From contig KZ538765.1 in the NCBI GenBank assembly GCA_000934665.2, forward strand, positions 1-49,250: a stretch of 49,250 nucleotides of DNA, in the 5' to 3' direction. The DNA comes from Catajapyx aquilonaris. Its lineage: Eukaryota. The translations under genes were made by a program, and so were the position numbers. The notes beneath the pieces were generated by a model. The model was not told the origin of the DNA and ran no database searches. It saw only the letters and a list, made by a program, of their open reading frames with translations. Below are positions 37,670 to 49,250 of this stretch, one piece after another; the first letter of the stretch is position 1; the number at the start of each line of letters is the position of its first letter.

Positions 37670-39823
37670 CTGAATATGATCATTCCGAATCAAGTTGAGC
37701 TAGGCCATCTTGGATTTTTTGGGGTGAAATAAATCACAGCTGTACTCTGGGGCTCAAATTGTTTTGGCCACTTTATCCTGGTCTTGAAGCAACCCTTCGC
37801 ACAGGCCCACGTTGAGCAGGTGTGTGTGTGTGTGAGGGTTGCTTGTAGACCAGAATAAAGTGGCCAAACCAATTTGAGCCCCATAGCAGCCTACATACCT
37901 ATGCCACAACTATGCATATCACATTTCAGCCATATGGCCCAGTACCCTGGAGAGGGGGAAAAAATCGCGAAAAGTGCTGAAAATGAGGCATTTTTTGAGG
38001 CATATATTAACAACCATTTTCCTTTCATTGTGAATAAGAATAATGCTGCCATACCTGGCAACCCAGGCGAGCACCCAATGAGCAGGTGCATATGGGACCA
38101 GGCTAATGACCAAGAATTGCTGCTGCAGATGTGTGAGAAGACCTGAAGTCCATAACTCATTGCCCGTCCTGTTTTTTATTATCCAACACCCAAAACTGCC
38201 CTTTCTGTTGTTTTTTTTTTTACCCCCCCTCTCTCCTTAACTTCTAACCGGTATTTCCCCTAAACCTGCTTCTGAAGAACAATTTTTTGAACCACGCAAA
38301 TTAGCAGCAAAACGCTCCACATATGTGCGTGTTAGGACAGGATGCAGATAAGGGGGCAGATCCTCAGCATCAAATCATCTGATGGTGGAAACTAGTAGCC
38401 AATTGCGATTACAACTTCCCTAAGGCCCCCAGGAGGCAGCCCTTTGGCTCCCTCTGTATTCCTCCGATCAACCTGATATCCTTTAGATAAAAAAAGGCAA
38501 AAATGTATGGTGGACAGCAGGTTCATCTCCTCCTCCTCTCATCCTGTCCTAAGACGCTTTGAAGAAGAAGAAAGAAAAAAAAAAGTTGGGGGGAAATTAA
38601 TGGAAAAAAAAAGCAGAGGAACGGCTTCTGGAATTCCCATCGGGCGGAGGGAATCATGGGCAGCAGATTTTTATTCCTCCACTTTGCTAGGGGCTAAGAA
38701 CGAAAACTAGCAGCTCTTGGTACCGCCATACTATGTACTCAGTGTGGGTTGGCTGTGGGCGGTTGTGTGACTGGTCCTTACCAACAGAAGGAATTTTTCA
38801 TGTTTTAAGCTCAATTTTTAAATAGTGAAAATAATGCGTACTTGTAATTTAGAGTTAAATCGGTACTGCACTTAATTAGTAACAGCTGATAAAAAAATTG
38901 GTTGATCAATATTCATGAAGTGAAGGTCGGAATAACAAGGAAATTTCCTGGTTGCACAATGAGTTTGGCGACAGTCCAGCATACTTTGGTCTGAAATATT
39001 CGGATCGATCCTTATAGCTATGGATGCTGGTGGTATAAGACCTTGGACGGATCCTTCCCAGAATACCAAAAGAGACATTTAATTGGACGACGCGTATGGG
39101 TGTGAGGGTAGGAAATTGTCACCCCAAGCAAGGGAGCTCTGATTAATATCCTAGTTGCGACAGGCTTTTAATCTGACAGTGCAATTATGAGTGAAGGCTA
39201 TGAAAATGGTACAGTCAGGTTCACATTTTTAAACGAGTGTTCAAAGTTAGCATATCGAAGGACAAATCCACTTCATTGAGTGAACATCTTGAATGAACTA
39301 GTAGCAGGTGTCCTTGCTCAAGCTAAGACATAATGAAGCTTGTACACTACAAAATGACTCGAGAAAAAGGTTCACTATAAACAGTCACCTGTCGCGTTGA
39401 GAATGAATGAAACTGACCTATGAAATGTTGGAGGAATACAATATCATCCAATATGAATAACTCAAATCACAAGTTCAAGTGAAATGTGGATCAATATTTT
39501 GTTCAAATTTAATCTTATCAATGAGAATGTCAGGATATTTAAAAATTGTTTAAAATGTATGAATGGACTTGAGTTCAGCGAATTTTTGTAAGTAAACATC
39601 CGAAGAATACAAATTAGTGGAACTTTCGGCATAATTTGGCACCCAATAATTCGTAAAAAATTTTACCCAAAATCTGTTCTTTTTATGTCGAACGTAACTA
39701 CGTAAAATACGTACAATGAGACACTACTGACATGTTGTGCAATGTTTACTGAAAACACTACCGGTACATGACTCATTGACCACTAGTTCTAAAACGCAAT
39801 GAGACATTTTTAACTATTTTGCA

Positions 39824-39854
39824 GATGATGATGATGATGATGATTACTATTACT

Positions 39855-39912
<58 letters not shown>
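39824..39912. repeat. (GAT)n microsatellite
   Basis: Read directly. Confidence 0.9.
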
Positions 39913-39914
<2 letters not shown>

Positions 39915-41365
39915 CATTTATTTTTATTATTCATTTATGTTTATATTCACAGTATTACTTATGACTGCATAAATGTTGCAGGCCTATAAATGTCACTAGT
40001 GATTTTCACTGATACTGAAGTAACTTAATATAAGTACAATAATGTAAATATAACAAAATGTGCGAATCTATTAATAATTAATGATACAATATTTATATCA
40101 TTATTTTGTTATTAGATTCAGTCATTTTGTCTTATCATATTTAACTTATATTATTGTACTTATATTATTTCAGTATCAGTGAAAATCGTTCGAGTGATAT
40201 TCACTTGAAATATTTTTAAATAAATAATGCGAGAAACTGTAATTAGGTGAGGGTCATATCTCACGACTGATGACTGCTCATTATTGAGTGAAACATTCAA
40301 ATAAAATATATATTCCCGATGGAACTGAACGCTATTATCGAACGCAATATGAAACCCTGCGTTCGGGAAACGGTCCGTTGGAGCCAATCCCCACTTAATT
40401 TGTATTTAGTGTCCCGAACAAGACGCGTCCCATCCACATAATTCTCCCCAATACCTTATAACGAGCAGACAAGAATCTGTGGGAGTGCACTGAATCCGAA
40501 ACTAAAAGGCACTTCCACGAAAACAGAGAGCATTCCTTCCTCTAATCCGGGCAGGCCACAAAAATGTCTCTGTCGATCTTCCCCCAGAATTCTTGGGACT
40601 TAAAAAAAGGTAAGGGCAGAAGAAGAAGAAGAAGAAAAAAAAAAATACATGGGGTTCGCGTGAGACTGTCGCCGCCCTTAAAAGTCCTGAGGGATGACCC
40701 CAAGGAAGGGGGTAAGTCACCACCCAACATCTTAAAGAGAGAAAAAAAAAACTATAATTGGCTTCAGGAAATATAGTCCCAAAAATATCCCAAAAACCTA
40801 TGGAGATATAATGAGGGTGGCCCGCAAGGAGACAATTTCTTTAGGGTATTTTTTCGGATTATTTTGGAACAAAAGCGCGCCTATTTTTTTTTAGAAGGCT
40901 ACGTTTTTCGAGTTTTTTTTCGAGGTGTGTGTGTTAACCTGCAATCAGGCATTCAGTTTGTGGCCTCAGGTGGGGATAGACCAGTCCTTTTTGTCTGATG
41001 ATGATGGGGTCATCCTCTTGCAAATGACGGGGTAACTTACCGCCACTGGAGGCTTTTTATGCCCTGCTTCAGGGCCGGAAAATATTTTTGCTCGGCTCCG
41101 ATGCTTCAATTAGTCTGGTCTGGATGCACTTATCGCGATCTTGAATTCCATTTTTCGAGCTCATTTTTTGAAATGGAGGAATGTGGAGAGGGGCATACAG
41201 TATATGGCATCAGTGTTGTGTAACGAGGCGTATCCGATTAGTCATGTTGTTCAGATCGCGAAATTTTCTGCGAAGGTTGAATCATACCAGTTTGGTGTTG
41301 CATTGTGTTGTATGTGCTCATTGCAGCAATTAAAGTTTCAAAGAATTACAGGTGACATACCATGG

Positions 41366-41853
41366 TCAAATGATTCTCCTCATATCTGTAGTTTGCATAT
41401 TTAAAATATGGAAAAAAGAGAATACTGTATTACATATAGGGAAAGTTTGTTTGTTTGTTCGAGAAACGGTACAGACCATTTTAGCCCCTCGCAGAGAAAA
41501 TATGCTCTTTTTGATTATTCAATTACCTTTTCCACGCACAGGAAGGCAGGGAATACTGCAGGGGATGATTTTAGCATCTGTCACTGTTCTAAGCTATTAC
41601 TCAAAATCATCAAATGATTCTCCTCATATCTGTAGTTTGCATATTTAAAATATGGAAAAAAGAGAATACTGTATTACATATAGGGAAAGTTTGTTTGTTT
41701 GTTCGAGAAACGGTACAGACCATTTTAGCCCCTCGCAGAGAAAATATGCTCTTTTTGATTATTCAATTACCTTTTCCACGCACAGGAAGGCAGGGAATAC
41801 TGCAGGGGATGATTTTAGCATCTGTCACTGTTCTAAGCTATTACTCAAAATCA
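41366..41853. repeat. 244-bp tandem duplication
   Basis: 41366-41609 appears identical to 41610-41853. The ORF track shows duplicate peptides. Confidence 0.9.
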
Positions 41854-43691
41854 TTATTTTTCTGGTATATTTGCCAACAAGTGAACGCCAGAAGAAAATT
41901 ACGGATTTCTTTGGTCCTGAACAATTTTATTTAATTAATTAATTAATTTATTTATTTTATTTATTTGTGGGACAGAGCGCGCTAATTTTGCATTTTTGTG
42001 GATAGTTTCATTAATCCGTATGCAGTAGTGCCCATTATAAGCACATGGAAAGCAGAAAACTTTGTGTATTTGTTGCAAAAGTGTCGATTTGATTATATAA
42101 CAGACCTCGGTTATAACAGACTTTTTCCCGCGGGGTGAAGTGTTATATTCAGAGTCAACTGTATTTAGTATTTCATAATATTGCAATTACAATATGTTAT
42201 TTATGTATGAATATTTAGTAATTTTTATCTTTAATTATGTTAATTTTTTTTGTCGACATCCATTATAAACTTGTAAGTTCTAGATTCACTGGAGCACAAA
42301 AGCCTGTGGCAGATTAGTTGAAAGGTAAAGTTAATATAAGGCACATAAAAAATAGTTCACCCCCTTGCCCCCACCCCATCCACAAAAACCTTCGTTAAAG
42401 GACAACCAACTACAGGGGTTGTAAAAAATGATAATAATAAATAAAAGGTAAGAGACGGCATCCAGCTTGTGTCACGCGAGGTCATCTGCTCTCTTTCTCT
42501 TCCCCAGCAGGGATATATAGAAACTTACTCATATTCTTAAAAAATCCCCCTCTCATGTTGTCAAAAAATCTTGTTTGATTGCCGGTGGTTTCCTTGTCCT
42601 GAGGAGGTAAAAAAGAGGATATAATATCGTTATCGGTTTGTGGGGCTGGTTGGTGGGTTGCTGGGTGGCTGTGGGGGTTATACACTAGGCCTAAGGCTGA
42701 AAAGGTAAGGCGCGGTCTCCAATTATTCCTCACGCGAAGCTCAGTTGCACCTGCCCTTGGAACCAGAAGGAACGAGTAGCTTATTATTTTTTTAAAGGAA
42801 AAACCTAAAAAATATCAAGTAACACACACACACACAAAAAATACAGTGCACATAATATTAATATGGTTAATTATTACGGGTTATTGCAGCTTGGGAAGAA
42901 TCATGAGGAAGTTTCGTTTAAAACTAGCAATCAGGAGGAATAAACGGGGCGGTGCAACAATGGGTGAGAAAGTGTGTGAAAGACGTGGAAAATGACAAGA
43001 ATTGGTAACCGGCCTGGCGACTATTATTTCAGCGGTGAATGCGAAAGGAGAGCAATTTGCGAAGATTTTTCAGCTCGTGATTTCCAGTGAGGGGAATCCG
43101 GACTACGCCATCACGCTATCTATTACGGCCTAATCAGTCGGCTATTGTTCTGGAGAATCCCGATTGCTGGTTGGATGAATGTGCTGGGCCAGCTGGACCA
43201 TTTAATTCCTTCAAGCCAGATTTTTTTTGAGTTGTTTTACTTGTTGGGTCGTTTTTTACTCAACGGAATTAAGGAGCATCCATTTTGAAATTCACTGAAA
43301 CAAATAATTATTAGAGTAAGTTTTATTTTTATGTTTTGTTATTTATAATGCCCGAGGACACGGCTATGAGATCCACATTTAAAAAAATAGAAAACAATAC
43401 TAGGAATGCCAAAAATTGTGAAGTTGTGGCATTATGGAAAAATATTTAAGTTCATATTTCCTTCAAAAGACGTTCAGTTTCAATTTCACCAAAATGGGCT
43501 TTTTCATAAATAGCTACAACAATTTAATTTTAATTTTAATGACAACGACCAATTCTGAGACACACTGAAACTGTTCACTGAAACTGATAATGATGAATAA
43601 AAATCAATGGTGGTTACACAATGTGACAATTTCTCAAATGGGGGTATTATACAATCGGGTCATGCATATCATATTTTAATTTGATTAAAAT

Positions 43692-43705
43692 TCTTCTTCT
43701 TCTTC

Positions 43706-43759
<54 letters not shown>
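43692..43759. repeat. (TTC)n(TTA)n microsatellite
   Basis: Read directly. Confidence 0.9.
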
Positions 43760-43760
<1 letters not shown>

Positions 43761-45420
43761 GGTAGTGAACCATACGAAGACATGACCATTTTCACAAAAA
43801 AATTACAATTAATATTCTGGCAGGCTCCTAGAGCCTTTCATGAGCCGGTTTAAATGCGAAAAAAATTACAATTTTGCGACTATCAAGCTCAGATTTCCTT
43901 GCATTGTTACGCGAGTTTCATTTTTTCATCAAATATTATTCGGAACAACTTCCATTAAAAATTAAATGCAAAATCAATCCTGGAAGGAATAATATTTTCT
44001 CTAACTCACAGTCAGTGACTCAATTCATAAAGCAATTTAGCCGTCAATTAGCCGTCAATATTTATTGAAATATGCAGATAATTATTAGAGATCAGATATC
44101 TTAAAGTTGCTTTGAGGCAGGTGAAAGAAATCTTACCCAAAATCACTGCAGGGCTACTTCATGCAGAGAATGAGTGAACACCATTCTTTGTTTAGAGCTT
44201 TCATATAATTTGAGTGGATTTCACTGTATTTTTGCACTTTAGATTTAAAGTGAAAATTGTTTTAAAAAATGGCAAGCGTGATGAAAAATGAGTCAAAATC
44301 GCATGAAATTGTGATGTTGCCGAATTTGCTTCAGTTCCACTCCTTAAGCTGCTCATGTTTCAAAGATTTCCTCCCCCATATAAATAATGTCCTCCAGATG
44401 TGAAGACAGGTCCATCCGTCTGTGGCAGCAAATTATTCAGTTGTATCTCATTCCGACCCCAGAAACTGGTCTATTAGTAGATAGCCCATTTTGGACAAAA
44501 TAATTTTTTCTCCATGTCGTCTCCCATTCTTCTCAGAAGTAGCCCTCTCGTGAAGTCGTGTATCTGGAGAGCTGAATGATGAGATGGGTTAGAAGCAGGC
44601 CCCCCCTTTGTGCTTCAAGTGACAAATCAGGTGTCATCTCGGCGGGTGACAGTCCCTTTTCCCCACGGGGAAGCCTTACAAAAGGTTAACAAAAAGGAGC
44701 TCAGTTTCCGGGCAATGTTTGTCACCAGTTTTATCTTTTTCTATAGTGTTCAATACCGCAAAAGTTGACAAATTGAAACAAAAATTGGCTGAAAATTAAT
44801 CGACCATTCCAAAGCTCTTATGAGCTGTGACAGCTCCTCCGCGGACAGCTAGAAAGGAGCTGTCACAGCGCGTAAAAGCTGCGTTGGAAAACGGCGATTT
44901 TTCAACCAGTTTTTAGTGTTTCTGCCATTATGGTTCAAAATGGTTGATTACACAACGGGCATTTCCGGCAAGTCCATACTGAAAATGTGTGCAAGCAGGG
45001 CAAAGCAGATGAGTACACGCAGATACGAAGTAACAGCTGCTTCAAGAAGTCACCTGCAAGAGCCACTTCCTGCCGAGCGTCTTAAGGATCCGTTAGGCCG
45101 GAAAGGAATTAACTTCCAACGCGTTTTATTGAAGTAGGCTCAACTCTCTCCGTAAGATTCTGGGCAATTTCTGTTCCTTTTTTTCCAGAGATCCATGTCG
45201 TCCTCAGAATTCATAATCAGTCTGATCCCTTTTACCATTCCCAGAGGCGCCGAGGGTATTTTTAAACCATAGCTATAAACAAAGGTGGGTCAGAAATGAC
45301 TTCAAGGAGCTCAAAAAACCAGATTTTGGTAAACTTAATTCAGAACTGGGATTTTTTTAAGCTCAAAATCATGGTTTCTTGTGTGGGACATATTATAGAA
45401 TACCATTACATGTCCAAAAC

Positions 45421-45535
45421 TGGTCTTACAACAAAAGTCATAAGACTTGGCAAGATTTGGCCGATTTCATGCATGATTTTACTGTATGAAATCGGCCAAA
45501 TCTTGCCAAGCCTTATGACTTTTGTTGTAAGACCA
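45421..45535. repeat. Near-perfect palindrome (~50-bp arms), probable MITE
   Basis: TGGTCTTACAACAAAAGTCATAAG.CTTGGCAAGATTTGGCCGATTTCAT followed by its reverse complement. Confidence 0.85.
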
Positions 45536-47943
45536 CTTTTAAAATATAAGGGAGCTATTAATTCGCCCTATGTTATAAAGATTCACTCTGGTTTAACCTT
45601 GTAGGTCGGGGATGATCCATCATCATCAAGTTCCTGACCTGATTTCGGGGCACAACTTCCTCACTACTCCCCACTCTTCTTCAAAAAAAGAAACTTGAAA
45701 AAAATACGGAACCCATAAGGGGTCTGTGAAGACGGTTGAGGAAAATATCCGTGACCTAATAATAACGGAAATAAGTTGGAAGCGAAGTCTTGGCTCCTCC
45801 CCTTTCCTTTACCAGGCTGACCCGAGCACGCATAACTTCCTGCAACATCTGGTCAACACCACACCTTCTGCTGACCACCCTCATCAGTCGCTTTCTACAG
45901 CACTTCATTTGCACTTTGCAATCAACCTTATTCTGGCCGGAGCAAATGTGGTGGTAGCAGCGATTTGTCACTGCTACTTAAAAATAGCGATAATATTACT
46001 GAGGCAGTAGCTCATGGTATCAAAAATGTCTCCATGAGTACTAATATGAGTTCTGTGCTACACCCATTGGTTTACAGAAGTTCGAGTGCCTCGAACCTTT
46101 GTTAGGTGCACACCGGTTTTATAAAGTTTTCTCTCGACACAGTTACAGTTTTTATTACTAAAGACTGGTTGTACCACCTGTCGTATGTGTCAAGAATATC
46201 AGATTTGACGGTTGATATTCATCGATTACTAATTGATGGCAGTGAGTAACATACCTTGAATATGATATTTGTATCCGACTTGATGGACGAAATGTTATTA
46301 ATTTGACCATCGTGAGAAAATTCTTCAATTATGCTCATGCGAGATGCAACCGCAACAAATATAATTAATAATATTGCTATTGATCACTATTATATTTGAA
46401 TACAGCATTAGTTCCAAAGCTACCGTTTTCCCTCACCTCTAATTAGCCATGACCTGCGTCAAATGTGGCGTGAAGTCTCAAATCGACTGCGGATTCGCCC
46501 CCTTCTAACCCATAAATCATCCCTAATGAACAAGCGATTAATTAGTACAATAGGGGAGAAGAAGGGAAGGAGTTAGGCCATATCTTGAGGTGTGGGCAGT
46601 TATGAATGAGGTGCGGTAAGTCAATACTGCTGACTTTGGTCTCGCCTGGGAGGTCGCCTGGCACCCCCTGTTGAGTTGTTGATTACTCTTGCGGTTAAGT
46701 CCCCCCCCCCCNTCCTCTTGTACCATCCTGGGTGGTGTCCCCGTCAACAAGAAGCGGGCGATGTATGTTATAGGCAAGGGCCTGTCCGTCCAACTCGCAT
46801 ATTTCCCCGTCCTCCATTTTGTCATCCTGAGAGAGATGAAGGACCAATCGGAGTCCCCATCCGTCCGTGTCAACCTGGCCATCCTTCAAGGCACTCGCAG
46901 GGGTCAGATACCATCGGCCCAGTCATATTCCCAACCAAGCGACTCCGATTCCATATATCGGAATGATCGCTTGTAAGACGATGGTATCAATTCGACAAGG
47001 TGCTACTGAACATCCTGACATTTTGAACAAAACAAATTACATTCTTAAAATTTTTTAAAAACAATTGTGCACGCTTCGGAGCGATACATTTCTGTATAGA
47101 AATATGCCTCCAGCTGAAGACGATAAACCAATAGAAAAGGGCAATCTTGGTCTGGTGTAATTCTACAAGATCCCCCATAAGTACAGTCCATCCAAGCTGT
47201 AATATTCTCCGCAAAGAAAATGACACGCAGCCTCTCCCACCTTCCGTGCTCCTTCTTTTGCCCTCGAGACACAAACCAATCACGTCTGGCCGAAGCCTCT
47301 CATTACCTCCGAATTGGTCCTTAAATTGGAGGTCCCACAAAACCGGTCCTTCTTTTCGGATAGGGCGGATGATGGGGGAGGCAGGGTGTCCAGAGGGGGT
47401 GGATTCTTACCGGTAAGCAAAGGAACCATCTGGCAACATTTGATATCATGTGAGATATCACCTTTGTACTTCATATTGGTCGACAAATACAGCAGTTGAT
47501 GAAACAGGGCGGTAGATGGCACTCCTGCAGTTCGGAGTCGAACGGTGGCGACATCTCTGGGCAAATTTGTCGATTTGTACTATTATCTCACTAGAACACC
47601 CGTAGCCAAAATTTGGCAAAACCTGCCGGCCCCCTATCCCCGGCCGGATGATTTTAGTGCCGTGATGAGAAGGTGGCAGCACTCACCAGGGGCCCTTCTC
47701 CTTCCGGAGCGTTCCAGAGGCGAAAAAAATAAGGCTATTATTATAGGGGGAATTGTACGGCTCTAGATAGGTTACTTACATTAGAGGGCAGCTGCATTTT
47801 AATTAGCAGCTAATTATGGCCGGTTGGTGCACCCACCCAAGATTAACTGATGGCGACAGGAGGCAGGTTGCAAGTGAAAAGTGACATTCATCCTTCATCT
47901 TTGTGACAACCATGTTAATTAATCCGTTTCCACGAAGAGGCTT

Positions 47944-47970
47944 AATAATAACAACAACAACAACAACAAC

Positions 47971-48039
<69 letters not shown>
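47944..48039. repeat. (AAC)n(AAT)n microsatellite
   Basis: Read directly. Confidence 0.9.
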
Positions 48040-48041
<2 letters not shown>

Positions 48042-49115
48042 CATGCTGATTGTGTAATCAAACCACAATTTTCAGAGCTAATAGAAAGCTCCACCCTCTT
48101 CACCGCCACAATTACGCAAGCAATTAGTACCTGCAATAACTTTGACCTCAAGCCCAGCCCCCTTTTAAGAAAAAGTCATTCCTTCTACTGAATTTAGATC
48201 ACGTAAAATGCAAGGCTGCTCCCAATATCCGTCGCCTTCCAAGATGCCACGGACCTCATCCAGAATACTAATTAGAACTAGATTTTTTTTTTTTCATTTA
48301 CAAAGATCTAAAAAACCGATAGAGTGTTGTTTCCGGCCCAGCAGGGTTGCCAACTTGGAGTAATTGAGAGACTGGATAGTTCGCCAACCTGATCTCAACT
48401 CTTTTCTGATTATTACCTGCCTCGGGTGTACTATTGCTCTCCTCCTTCATACCATTTTTTTATATATATAGGGGAGGTGTATCTACTCCCTCCCCACCCA
48501 TTCCCACCACCAACCCCTCCCACCCATCTTCTTCTTTTTCTTAAAGTTCAAACCGGTTGGACCGCTTCTCTTCATGCTCAGCTACCGTTTCGGCTTCCAA
48601 CCCAATCTTGCTCTGTCTTCTCTTTACAACATTGCCACTTTTTACATTGAATATCACGCATATTCATATACACTATGCACTGATTACAGGTTTTTTTTTA
48701 AAGCGAATAAATTGGGTGTGCTGGATTTTTTATGGGGGTTCCGGCATGAGATTTTCGCGATGTCATATATTTTGGAAGGGTTTTTTTGCGATAATTAGTG
48801 CGCGTAACTAGTGGGCTAAGTACCGGATATGATCAGGGACGTGACTGGATCTACCGGATTAATTATTTTTGAAGCAAATTTCGATTATTGCGATTGTTAG
48901 AGGGGCGAGTCGATACAGAATGTCACAACTTGCTATCTTTATTTTTGAGTCATACTCCAACTATGTTAGTACGGTACATAAATAGTGCCAATTACTGTCG
49001 ATTTCAGTCAACATTTCACTAAAATAGCATCAGTGAGGAAATATTGGACCAAACGCACCTCGCTCAAATGTTGATTGAATTAACAGCTTATTTTTCTCAA
49101 ATGATACTTATTCTA

Positions 49116-49245
49116 CAGGGGGACTAAAGTCTGGACACATACTCGTAGATGTAATAATATTATATTGTTGATTGACAATTGGGATTCTGGCAACCAACAA
49201 TGTAATATTCTTGCCTATATGTGTCCAGACTTTAGGGTCACCCTG
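49116..49245. mobile_element. Tc1/mariner-type MITE, same family as 2864-3030
   Basis: TA-CAGGGGGACTAAAGTCTGGACACATA ... TATGTGTCCAGACTTTAGGGTCACCCTG-TA. Confidence 0.75.
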
Positions 49246-49250
49246 TACTT

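Noticed and set aside
42960..43135. pogo-like DDE transposase fragment (TIISAVNAKGEQF)
   Set aside because: A single weak motif with flanking stops and no supporting residues.
44340..45971. Small minus-strand gene from short exon-like peptides
   Set aside because: The fragments contain stops, give no consistent splice chain and show no recognisable homology.

Overview
This is invertebrate animal genomic DNA: short GT-AG introns (many 55-70 nt), microsatellites, and assembly Ns next to poly-C runs. Three protein-coding genes are well supported. (1) A BMP2/4 / decapentaplegic gene on the minus strand, 4 coding exons, 7572->4645, about 403 aa. (2) A pecanex-like 4 (PCNX4) gene on the plus strand, 10 coding exons, 27610-32514, about 1204 aa, divergent from dpp across a ~20 kb non-coding interval. 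(3) An F-box/leucine-rich-repeat gene with a single coding exon, 34456-35658. The rest is non-coding and holds many MITE-like inverted-repeat elements, a tRNA-Asn-derived SINE with a 14-bp TSD, minisatellites and a 244-bp tandem duplication. The most notable signals are: a perfect Mad/Medea/Schnurri silencer consensus just upstream of the dpp ATG exon; clusters of CAGGTG E-boxes in the dpp upstream region; extra dpp coding introns; a retrotransposon-endonuclease-like motif inside the F-box protein; the BMP2/4-PCNX4 linkage; and CTCF-like motifs bracketing the PCNX4/F-box block. Gene models were derived by hand from splice consensus and reading phase. No database searches were run.
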